Source: an uncultured Candidatus Saccharibacteria bacterium (lineage in GTDB: Bacteria; Patescibacteriota; Minisyncoccia; Phycocordibacterales; UBA1006). Taken from it: DNA of 64,000 nucleotides. Below are positions 38,402 to 47,293 of the stretch, one piece after another. The notes below the pieces were generated by a model. It had not been told where the DNA came from and did not search any database. It saw only the letters and a program-made list of their open reading frames with translations. A program made the translations under genes and the position numbers. Numbering within the stretch: the stretch's first letter is position 1; each line of letters opens with the position of its first letter. The stretch covers positions 3,929 to 67,928 of the forward strand of contig CAYXKF010000004.1 in NCBI GenBank assembly GCA_964464735.1, read 5' to 3'.

Positions 38402-40078
38402 CTATACCATTTCTTGTTGATAACATTTTTCACAATACACTTTTTCAAGCCGATCTGGCGCATACGCCGTATCAAATTCATTTGAGCAATTTCCAACATG
38501 TGCGTGATTTGTTTTATTACACATACATTTGCGATGATAAAGCAAGCGAGGCAGCCGCACTGCCATTCGTTCGTCGTGCCGACAAAAGAAACACTTTGTA
38601 GGCAATGCAAGCCTGAAGCGCTCATAAAAAGAAATTTCATGATTAATAAACCGGTAATTGCGCTTACATGCTTGGCAGGCAAAAATCTTGTCTTTTAAAA
38701 ATTCCCAATTGTATATTTGTGCAGGCAGTAATGAATCAAGCAAGCAATTTTCTTGCCCTTTAGTATCAGGAATATTATCCTCCCATCGATAGCCGAACGC
38801 CAGGGCCTGATCTTTGGTAAGCGGATAGTATTCACCAACGGTCGACTCGTTATATGCATAGGGGGAAATAGCAATTGGAAAGTATTCTCCCCATTCCCCA
38901 TTCTGCTTCATATGTTCGATTATTTTTGGAACCATTATTTCATATTCTTCTTTTGTATATTGCTTGTTTAAAATACAATAATCTTTTTTACGAAGCCCTA
39001 CACATCCAAAAAGGTTGTTCGAATTGAAACAAGCCTCTGAATATGTTGTATCTGTGCAGTCAATAGCTAAGTGGCAGAACTTCAGTCCATATGGTTGCGA
39101 GAAAAGGCACTCGTATGAGTTTTCAATATCAAGTGAAAAGCCGCAATCATAGCTGTTTATGAATTTGCGCACAGTAAATCCAAATTTGCTGTCTTCTCCT
39201 GATTTAACATCAAATGCCCAGTGGACATTTTTTGCGTGATAAACATGATTTCCGCTTGCAGCTACGTTGTGCGAACCAAACATGTGAGGCGTAGGAACTT
39301 CTTGCATCAACGCATCACGCTGACTCAAGATATGCTGAAGCACCTTCGGATCAGATAAAGGATACTCACTTAAGAATTTTTGGTACTCCTCCTTAGTAAC
39401 TTGCTTATTGAAAATATGATAACTTTTATTTCGAAGTCCAACACATCCGATGCAATTAACACATCCACGGCAATCAAACAAAGCGATCGAATCAGTGCAC
39501 GCCTCACATTCGCGGCAATACAGCAGTCGAGTAGACTCTAATACATCAATGCATTGGTAACAGTATTCAGACTTAAACAAATACAGGCAGTCGACCGATT
39601 CGCGACAATTCCATACTGAATGACTATAGTCACAATCTTCATTATCAACGCATCCAAATACGAAGTAACAGCGAGCGCTCCTGTTGCATAAATTGGAAAA
39701 TCCACAGTCGGTACTGTTGTTCACCATCAATGAGAAGCGGGGTACTTGGTCGTTTAATTCTTTATACTGTTCAAAAAAAGGGCGTGCGAAATCAAAATCG
39801 CGACCGTAACTCGTAGCATCCCAATCGTCTGCATACCATTCTTCGGTACTCCACACTGGAAAGGGCTGTCGTTCATGATACATCGAAATAATGGCCTTTC
39901 CCGATTTAGACGATGGCCGGCGATATAATGTCCTGAAATTTCTAACAAACAACCGACGAATCTGTCGGCATTTAGGACAATGGGTAGGAGCCGGCACTTG
40001 CATCTTTTCGTAAAACAAAAAGTCGTCCGGTGTTATTTGAAAATTTTGATTGCATTTTTTGCAGACCTTGATTTCCAT
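38402..40078 (-). CDS. Cys-rich zinc-ribbon paralog D (array position 4)
   Basis: MEIKVCKKCNQNFQITPDDFLFYEKMQVPAPTHCPKCRQIRR...; C-terminal KVYCEKCYQQEMV. Confidence 0.8.
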   Translation of the reverse strand: MEIKVCKKCNQNFQITPDDFLFYEKMQVPAPTHCPKCRQIRRLFVRNFRTLYRRPSSKSGKAIISMYHERQPFPVWSTEEWYADDWDATSYGRDFDFARPFFEQYKELNDQVPRFSLMVNNSTDCGFSNLCNRSARCYFVFGCVDNEDCDYSHSVWNCRESVDCLYLFKSEYCYQCIDVLESTRLLYCRECEACTDSIALFDCRGCVNCIGCVGLRNKSYHIFNKQVTKEEYQKFLSEYPLSDPKVLQHILSQRDALMQEVPTPHMFGSHNVAASGNHVYHAKNVHWAFDVKSGEDSKFGFTVRKFINSYDCGFSLDIENSYECLFSQPYGLKFCHLAIDCTDTTYSEACFNSNNLFGCVGLRKKDYCILNKQYTKEEYEIMVPKIIEHMKQNGEWGEYFPIAISPYAYNESTVGEYYPLTKDQALAFGYRWEDNIPDTKGQENCLLDSLLPAQIYNWEFLKDKIFACQACKRNYRFINHEISFYERFRLALPTKCFFCRHDERMAVRLPRLLYHRKCMCNKTNHAHVGNCSNEFDTAYAPDRLEKVYCEKCYQQEMV

Positions 40079-40080
40079 AA

Positions 40081-41811
40081 TTACATGACTTCTTTTTGAT
40101 AGCACTGTTCACAATAGACTTTTTCGAGCCGATCAGGTGCATAGGATGTTTCAAATTGATGTTGGCATACACCCTGATGATCATGATTTGGCAGATCGCA
40201 CATACATTTTCGGATCCACAGATGCATTGAGTTTCTCCACCCTACTCGCTCAAAATGCCGGCAGTTCGGACACAAAGTCGGCAAAGGCAGCTTCTTTTGT
40301 TTCAAAAATTGTAACTCGTCGGGGGTAATTTTAAACGCTGTGGTGCATTGATACCCGCATTCACCCTTATGCGCACATTCAATCACCTGACCAAAAATGT
40401 CTTCACTAACGGCATTAATATCATTCGGTATCTGATTGTTTAGCATTGTAATAGCATATGTTCGTTTTTCGCGCGGTTTCCACGGATACCCTTTCTCGCT
40501 TGCAATTGCTTCGGTAATCGGGAAATAATCCTGTACGACACTTTCGTTATACGTAAACGGGCAAAATTCATACGGAAAATATTCCCCGTATGCATACACG
40601 CGCCCTTTTGCATCCACATACGGCATATCGTTCATATGCTTGATCAGTTTCGGAACCAGTTCTTCGTATTCTTCTTTAGTATACTGCTTGTTTAAAATGC
40701 AATACTGCGCATTTTTTATGTTCGAGCACCCAAAACAATCCGAACAGTTGCGGCACAGCGCCGAATATTTCATGTTTTTTGAAGTCAGGCAGATAAAGCT
40801 TGCCAACGCGCCGTAACTTTGAATACTACATGCCACGCCTTCGTACTCAAGCTCACCGGTTAAAATACCATAACAATCGTAACAGTCTTTGCAGCTTAAT
40901 ATGCGGTTTCCGTTTGAAACATTTTCGCTGTTTTGCACATCAAACGAATTATGCACCATGCGCGAATTGTTGATAAAATCTCCGGTCGCATCCTGCGAGT
41001 TTACAATATTCGAATATTTCACCACCGAATTTTTGCACAATTCTTCAAATCGTTTTTTTGCCTTTTCAAGACCTTCTCGCGTATGAAGCTGCAGTTCATC
41101 AAACCGTTTTTTATATTCTTCTTTTGTCAGCTGCTGATTTTCAAAAATATACGACTGCTTTCGGATATTGGTACTTAAACAGCAGTTTTGGCAGTTTGCA
41201 CTGTTGGCAACAAAGTACGAATCAATGCAGCTTTGCGAACGAATCGCATAGTGACAGTTAAAATTACCCAGACAATCCACATTCCACGAACAATTATCCA
41301 ATTGCTGGGCACCAAGGCAGTCAAACGAATTTTTAGACTTATCAATATTTTCAGAATACTGAATATCTTCGCAGCCGATGACCGAAAACGCCAGGTATAC
41401 ATTTTTATTATCAAGCGTGTAGTTGCTGTAATCGCTGTTTACCAATGTTCCGCCGCGATACTGATAATTGCGCGGAGTCTTTTTAAACAAATCATTGAAT
41501 TGCTGCAAAAAAGGAACATTCCAATCAATGTCCATCGCATATGTCTTTGCATCCCATCCGTCGCCCATCCAGCATTCGTGGCAATATACTGGACAGAGAT
41601 CAGCGTCAGAATACATGCCGATGCTCATTTTTCCACATAGTCCGCACGGGCGCCGATACAACGACCGTACATTACGCCAAAGCATACGGCGAATACGCCT
41701 ACATTCAGGGCAGAATGTTGGATGCGGAACCTTTATTTTTTCAAGAAAAGAAACCTCATCATGAGTGACGATAAATGATTCTTTGCAATTTTGGCATTTT
41801 TTGGTTTCCAT
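40081..41811 (-). CDS. Cys-rich zinc-ribbon paralog C (array position 3)
   Basis: METKKCQNCKESFIVTHDEVSFLEKIKVPHPTFCPECRRIRR...; C-terminal KVYCEQCYQKEVM. Confidence 0.8.
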   Translation of the reverse strand: METKKCQNCKESFIVTHDEVSFLEKIKVPHPTFCPECRRIRRMLWRNVRSLYRRPCGLCGKMSIGMYSDADLCPVYCHECWMGDGWDAKTYAMDIDWNVPFLQQFNDLFKKTPRNYQYRGGTLVNSDYSNYTLDNKNVYLAFSVIGCEDIQYSENIDKSKNSFDCLGAQQLDNCSWNVDCLGNFNCHYAIRSQSCIDSYFVANSANCQNCCLSTNIRKQSYIFENQQLTKEEYKKRFDELQLHTREGLEKAKKRFEELCKNSVVKYSNIVNSQDATGDFINNSRMVHNSFDVQNSENVSNGNRILSCKDCYDCYGILTGELEYEGVACSIQSYGALASFICLTSKNMKYSALCRNCSDCFGCSNIKNAQYCILNKQYTKEEYEELVPKLIKHMNDMPYVDAKGRVYAYGEYFPYEFCPFTYNESVVQDYFPITEAIASEKGYPWKPREKRTYAITMLNNQIPNDINAVSEDIFGQVIECAHKGECGYQCTTAFKITPDELQFLKQKKLPLPTLCPNCRHFERVGWRNSMHLWIRKCMCDLPNHDHQGVCQHQFETSYAPDRLEKVYCEQCYQKEVM

Positions 41812-41813
41812 GG

Positions 41814-43559
41814 TTATGATACTTCTTGCTGATAGCAGTGCTCGCAGTATACCTTTTCAGGGCTATCTGGTGAATAGGTCGTCTTGAAAGTGTTAGCGCA
41901 CGCGCCGATATGGTGCGGATGATCCTTCTTGCAATCGCATGTGCGCTGCCATAATTGCATCGGGTTTCGATATTTTAACCGAGCCGCGTGTCGGCAATTT
42001 GGGCAAAGACGTGGCAATGGTAAATTCATCTGGCGGTAAAATTGCAATTCAGCAGGAATAATCTTAAAAGCGGTGGCACACTGTTCGTTGCATGTTCCGC
42101 CATGGTCACACGCGATCACTTCGTTTACGATCGAATCAGGCACTTCGGCAATCGTCTTAGGCAAATTGCGTGCCTCAATTGTTGTTTGATAATTGCGTTT
42201 TGCATCTTCGTACCATCGATATCCTTTCATCAATGCTTCCGCTTTAGTTAAAGGAAATAATTCTTGAGCCGTAGTCTCGTTATACGCAAAAGGACTAAAC
42301 TCGATTGGAAAAAATTCACCATATTTATATATCAAGCCAGCAGAATCAATATAAGGAATTTCATTCATGTGATTTACAAACTTTTGTCGCAAATTTGCGT
42401 ATTCTTCTTTTGTGTACTGAATATTAAAGATACAGTACTGGCGTTTATTAAGCCCTACGCAAGCGAAACAATCTTGGCAACTAGTACAAAACAGGCAGTA
42501 TTCAAGATTGCGACAGTTCGTAATCGCCCACTGACACATACGAATGTTGGAAGTCTGATCACCTCCTTGAAATACCTCATACATCAAAGACGAATTTGCT
42601 CCGAAGTTTGCAAAGTCATAGGTATCGGTTATTTTTCCAGTAACAAAACTGCAGTATCGGCAATCCTCCATTTCAAACCCAATAAAGCAATTCTTAGCGT
42701 TTTTCGTATCATTCAAATAATCCCCTGTTGATTCTATGTTGCGCCATCCATGGGTATACTTTTGAGGAAAATCTCTCCAGAAAGTTTTAGCATCCACCTG
42801 TATCTTCGCAATAGATTCGCTTGAGCCATCAAATAATTCACGAACTTTCTTTTCGTATGAATCTTTATCATACGGCTGATTAAAAATATGATAACTTTGT
42901 TTTTTGAGATTCACGCATCCGAAACAATTATTGCACCCACTGCAATTTTTCGAGAACCAAACATCCGTACAGCTTTCACAATCAACACTATAAAATGTTC
43001 TATAACATTGATTGCAATTGATGGTCTGATAGCATAATTCAAGCTGGTTACCCATGAGGTTATCAACACTATCTTTGCTGTGATTGATAAAGCTTCCATA
43101 CGTAATATTTTCGCAATAATCACTATAGGTCACCAAATAGCAATTCTTAAGCCAACTTGCCATATTAGTATATTCGGAATTTATTTTAGTCGAGTAGAGT
43201 CCATACAAATTCATCGCCGGAACCGTTTTAAAAAGCGCTTGCAGTTGAGCAAGTATTGGCTTACTTTCGTCAAAAGTATAAGGATAATCCAGTCCATCCC
43301 AAGAATCGCTCCACCAACATTCTGAGCAGTAATTTATAAGACCTGATTCGGGTGACAAAACAGTAATTATCTGCTTGTGACATTTTTCACATTCACGGCG
43401 ATAAAAAGTTCGCTCATTGCGGCGAGCAAGACGACGAATCAACCGGCACTGCGGACAAAATGTCGGAGGCGGAACCTTTATTTTCTCGTAAAACGAAAAG
43501 TCATCAGGCTCGATGGTAAAAGAATTCTTGCAGTTTTGGCACGAACGCGTTTCGGTCAT
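41814..43559 (-). CDS. Cys-rich zinc-ribbon paralog B (array position 2); its ATG overlaps the TGA of paralog A (ATGA)
   Basis: MTETRSCQNCKNSFTIEPDDFSFYEKIKVPPPTFCPQCRLIRR...; C-terminal KVYCEHCYQQEVS. Confidence 0.8.
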   Translation of the reverse strand: MTETRSCQNCKNSFTIEPDDFSFYEKIKVPPPTFCPQCRLIRRLARRNERTFYRRECEKCHKQIITVLSPESGLINYCSECWWSDSWDGLDYPYTFDESKPILAQLQALFKTVPAMNLYGLYSTKINSEYTNMASWLKNCYLVTYSDYCENITYGSFINHSKDSVDNLMGNQLELCYQTINCNQCYRTFYSVDCESCTDVWFSKNCSGCNNCFGCVNLKKQSYHIFNQPYDKDSYEKKVRELFDGSSESIAKIQVDAKTFWRDFPQKYTHGWRNIESTGDYLNDTKNAKNCFIGFEMEDCRYCSFVTGKITDTYDFANFGANSSLMYEVFQGGDQTSNIRMCQWAITNCRNLEYCLFCTSCQDCFACVGLNKRQYCIFNIQYTKEEYANLRQKFVNHMNEIPYIDSAGLIYKYGEFFPIEFSPFAYNETTAQELFPLTKAEALMKGYRWYEDAKRNYQTTIEARNLPKTIAEVPDSIVNEVIACDHGGTCNEQCATAFKIIPAELQFYRQMNLPLPRLCPNCRHAARLKYRNPMQLWQRTCDCKKDHPHHIGACANTFKTTYSPDSPEKVYCEHCYQQEVS

Positions 43560-45247
43560 AAGACTTCTTTTTGATAACACTGTTCGCAATATACTTTTTC
43601 AGTTCGGTCAGGAGCATACGCACTTTCGAATTGATTAACGCATTTTCCTGCATGGTCGTGACCTTCTTGTACGCACGAGCAAGAACGAGTGTAAAGTTTT
43701 CGGGGCAAACGCAAGCTAATACGCACTTTTTCACGGCAATCAGCACAGTTACGAGGAAGTGGAACTTTTTCGCGCTTATAAAACACCAATTCGTCAGGAA
43801 TAATATTAAAGTTTTTAGTGCATGTTTCACAAGTAAAAATATTTGAAATATACTCATCCGTAATATCTGCAATACTATCGGGTACGTCTTGCATTGTTAC
43901 CGTACCTTTTCCGAAAACCCCAGGAATTTTTTCTTCCCACTGCCAACCCCGAGCCAAAACTTCTTCTTTTGAAAGCGGCATGTATATTGCCCCGCGTGTC
44001 TCGTTGTAGTAAACAGGGGCGATTGACGGCGGAAAATATTCACCATATTCACCGGTCGATTTCATGTGTTCAATAATCCTTGCTTTCAATGCTTCGTATT
44101 CTTCTTTTGAATACCTTTTATTAAAGATCATATACTCGCCTTTTTTAACCGATACACACCCAAAAAGATTCTGGCTATTCTGGCACGAATCACAATACTG
44201 CAGATGCGAGTTGTCATAACACAAATGGCAAAATTGCAAATTATATGCGCGTACGCAGCCATGCAATTCATAGCAACCCTCGGATTTTATTCCGGCGTGA
44301 TAAATATCCATCGAATCCGAAATACCCAAAGTGCCGTAAATGTTTTTACTATCTTCGCTTTTATCACATTCGTATCCCTGTAAAACATTTTTACAATTAA
44401 AAAGAAGGTTTCCAACAGACGAAACTGTGCGCTCGCCCTGCATATATTTATGAATGGCATCGTACAGCATCATTTCCTTAAACTCATTAAACAACTGCAC
44501 TCGGACCGAATGTTTTGAAAGGTCGTACTGTTTTACTTTCTCTTGGTACTCTTCTTTCGTTAGTTGCCGGTTTTTAAAAATATAATGTCCGCCGCGGATA
44601 TTACACGAAAGAAAACAATCGCTTGATCCGCTTACGTCATAACAATAGAAGCAGTTTGATGAGTTGTTAAGCAAAAGGCAGTATTGCGACTGATACGAAT
44701 ACTGACTATCAATACATTCGTATAAGCGTTCGCCTTTTTCATAAATCCATCCACAATCACAACAGTCGCGCGAATTCATCGTCCAATTGCAATACGAAAC
44801 ATTTTCACTGGTAAACGTGGCAAAACAAATGTAAGCATTTTTATTTTCTCCACAGTGATTCGTATATTCAGAATTAATACTATTTTTTGTAAGTAGTGCC
44901 ATACGCGGAACTTCGTGTTGCAAGGCCGAGAATTGTTCGAAAAATGGTTTTGAAAAATCAAAATCACGGCCATAGGCTGCAGGATCCCAGGCGTCTCCCC
45001 ACCAGCAGGATACGCAGTACACTTTATAGGGCTTGTTTGGAGAATAAATCGTTACTGTGCTTTTTTTGCACAAATCGCATTCGCGACGATATAACGTTCG
45101 CTCGTTTCGGTATGCATACCGGCGCTGTTGACGACAATCACGGCACCACTGTGGCGCCGGTACCCCTATTTTTTCATAAAATGCAAAATCATCATCCGCG
45201 ATTTCGAATGAGTTTTTGCAATTCTGACAAATCTTGGTTTCGGCCAT
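43556..45247 (-). CDS. Cys-rich zinc-ribbon paralog A (array position 1, promoter-proximal)
   Basis: MAETKICQNCKNSFEIADDDFAFYEKIGVPAPQWCRDCRQQRR...; C-terminal KVYCEQCYQKEVL. Confidence 0.8.
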   Translation of the reverse strand: MAETKICQNCKNSFEIADDDFAFYEKIGVPAPQWCRDCRQQRRYAYRNERTLYRRECDLCKKSTVTIYSPNKPYKVYCVSCWWGDAWDPAAYGRDFDFSKPFFEQFSALQHEVPRMALLTKNSINSEYTNHCGENKNAYICFATFTSENVSYCNWTMNSRDCCDCGWIYEKGERLYECIDSQYSYQSQYCLLLNNSSNCFYCYDVSGSSDCFLSCNIRGGHYIFKNRQLTKEEYQEKVKQYDLSKHSVRVQLFNEFKEMMLYDAIHKYMQGERTVSSVGNLLFNCKNVLQGYECDKSEDSKNIYGTLGISDSMDIYHAGIKSEGCYELHGCVRAYNLQFCHLCYDNSHLQYCDSCQNSQNLFGCVSVKKGEYMIFNKRYSKEEYEALKARIIEHMKSTGEYGEYFPPSIAPVYYNETRGAIYMPLSKEEVLARGWQWEEKIPGVFGKGTVTMQDVPDSIADITDEYISNIFTCETCTKNFNIIPDELVFYKREKVPLPRNCADCREKVRISLRLPRKLYTRSCSCVQEGHDHAGKCVNQFESAYAPDRTEKVYCEQCYQKEVL

Positions 45248-45275
45248 AGCAGTAGTGCCAGTATACTCTTTTGCT

Positions 45276-47009
45276 TTATGAATTCAACGCGACAAACCAA
45301 TTAGGATTGCTATTGAAAATATAACTAAACCAGGCGCGCATGACTTCGGTCGCCGGAAAGGCCCCTACTTTAGGCCCGTGTTCAAGCAATACCACAAACG
45401 CATATTTTGGTTCTTCATACGGGAAAAATCCCACCACCCACGAATTAAGTTGTGAATTATTTTTACCAACCTGCGCAGTACCCGTTTTTGCCGCAATGTG
45501 GACAAATGGGAAATTAAGATTTTTTGCAGTGCCTGCGGTAACCGTTTGGCGCATCGCGTCTTTGATGACCTGATAATTCTGTGCGCTGATATTTTTATCG
45601 ACTGCTATTGATTCTTGTTTTTCAAATTCGGGAACTAAGATCGGTTTTACCAGTGTACCGTCGTTTGCAATAGCAGCAATGCCACGAAGCATCTGCAGCG
45701 GTGTCACCTGAAAACCAAAATGTCCGATACCGCTAATGTAGGTGTCTCCAAGCCGCCAGGTCCCATCCTTGAAAGTTTTTGCCTTCCATTCCGGCGAAGG
45801 AATAACGCCATTTTTTTCGTCACCAAGCGAAATGCCAGTTTTTTGCGCGATACCAAACAGTGACGAATATTCTTCGATACCGGCAATGCCGATTCCTTTT
45901 TGACTTTTATATCCGCCGGTAATTTCGTAAAAATACGTGTTTACTGAATCTGCAATCGCATGATAAATATTGGTAGTGCCATGTCCTTCGGGACGCCAGT
46001 CCTTAAAGATAGACGAAAGCGAAGCGTTATACGGGTTAGGAATTTCAAGTTTACCGCTTGAATACACCGTCGTTTGCGGGGTCACCACACCTTCGTTTAG
46101 CGCGCCGAGTGCAATAAACGGCTTCATGACCGAACCTGGCGTATATAAGCCCGACACCATGCGGTTTAAAAAGTAATTTTTGTTTGAGGTAAGCATCGTT
46201 TGCAGCCGATCACTATTGCCGCCTTGCGTAACCAGCAACGGATCAAATTCGGGATAGCTGGTCAAAATAAGCAGCTCGCCGGTTTGTACATCCATGACGG
46301 CACCGGCACCGCCACCATAGCCTGACGCATCAACAACACGCGCGATTTCTTGCGCCATGTGCGTTTGCAAATCAGCATCAATCGACAACGTTATGTTGTT
46401 GCCCGCAACAGCAGGTTCGGCAACGTGTGAATTTTGGCTTTCACCACCCACGTCGGTTTCGACGATCGTGTAACCGTTAGTACCCGAAAGCTGCTTGTTA
46501 TAAATTTTTTCAATGCCAGTTTCGCCGATTGTTTCGGTACGCCAAAAAAAACCCTTGTCATCGACTTCGGGAAGCCGCACATATCCTAAAATATGCGCAA
46601 ACCCAGGTAGCGTACCATAGGTTCGCGTTGGAACTTCGATGCTTGCAAGCGTGCCATCCTGCCCTTTGCGTTCAAGCGTTGTCATTGCGTTCCATGCCAA
46701 TGGTTTTTGATTGCGATCAAAAATAACGCCACGCGGAGCAAACACAATAGTGCGATCAAAACGGTTTGATTGTGCAATGCGCTGGTACTCTTTTTTATCG
46801 GCAATCTGTAACCATAGCGTACGCAAAAAAAGTAACGCAAAAATAACCGCGCATACGCCCAGCGCGATCTTTACCGCACCATGGATCGGCCGTTCGATTG
46901 ATCCTTCCATACGGTCATGTTCGATGTTGCTGATGTTTACGTCATCGTACAAAAAATGGTCAGGCAACACTTCGCGGCGCATTCGTTTTTTACCAAAAAA
47001 AGAAAGCAT
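45276..47009 (-). CDS. mrdA: Penicillin-binding protein 2 (class B transpeptidase)
   Basis: N-terminal TM anchor; transpeptidase motifs GSVMKPF (SxxK) and KTGTAQV (KTG). Confidence 0.85.
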   Translation of the reverse strand: MLSFFGKKRMRREVLPDHFLYDDVNISNIEHDRMEGSIERPIHGAVKIALGVCAVIFALLFLRTLWLQIADKKEYQRIAQSNRFDRTIVFAPRGVIFDRNQKPLAWNAMTTLERKGQDGTLASIEVPTRTYGTLPGFAHILGYVRLPEVDDKGFFWRTETIGETGIEKIYNKQLSGTNGYTIVETDVGGESQNSHVAEPAVAGNNITLSIDADLQTHMAQEIARVVDASGYGGGAGAVMDVQTGELLILTSYPEFDPLLVTQGGNSDRLQTMLTSNKNYFLNRMVSGLYTPGSVMKPFIALGALNEGVVTPQTTVYSSGKLEIPNPYNASLSSIFKDWRPEGHGTTNIYHAIADSVNTYFYEITGGYKSQKGIGIAGIEEYSSLFGIAQKTGISLGDEKNGVIPSPEWKAKTFKDGTWRLGDTYISGIGHFGFQVTPLQMLRGIAAIANDGTLVKPILVPEFEKQESIAVDKNISAQNYQVIKDAMRQTVTAGTAKNLNFPFVHIAAKTGTAQVGKNNSQLNSWVVGFFPYEEPKYAFVVLLEHGPKVGAFPATEVMRAWFSYIFNSNPNWFVALNS

Positions 47010-47011
47010 AG

Positions 47012-47293
47012 CTATACGTACAAATCGTCGCTGTTATATCCACCAATTTGTGAAGCGATAAATGCAAGCACTGCCCATACAAGACATGCACCGCCAAACC
47101 AAATGATGCGTTCGCCAAAGTGCAAACCAGGATACATGCGAATGATCATGATGGTCGCAATGATAACACTTTCGGGATACCCGCGGAACACAAAAATGCC
47201 CAACACCAAAAGCACTGCAACCCACCACCATGGCGCAAATACCGATGCGATCAAAATGCCAATGGTCGCAATAATGCGCATATTATTTTGCAA
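47012..47293 (-). CDS. Small membrane protein (93 aa), unknown function
   Basis: Three predicted hydrophobic helices; tightly packed between mrdA and gdh. Confidence 0.4.
   Translation of the reverse strand: MQNNMRIIATIGILIASVFAPWWWVAVLLVLGIFVFRGYPESVIIATIMIIRMYPGLHFGERIIWFGGACLVWAVLAFIASQIGGYNSDDLYV

Noticed and set aside
33233-45247. The ~1.7-kb periodic repetition could be mistaken for a CRISPR array, satellite repeat or IS cluster.
   Set aside because: The repeat unit is a full-length protein-coding gene with its own start and stop. There are no short direct repeats with unique spacers, no terminal inverted repeats and no transposase.
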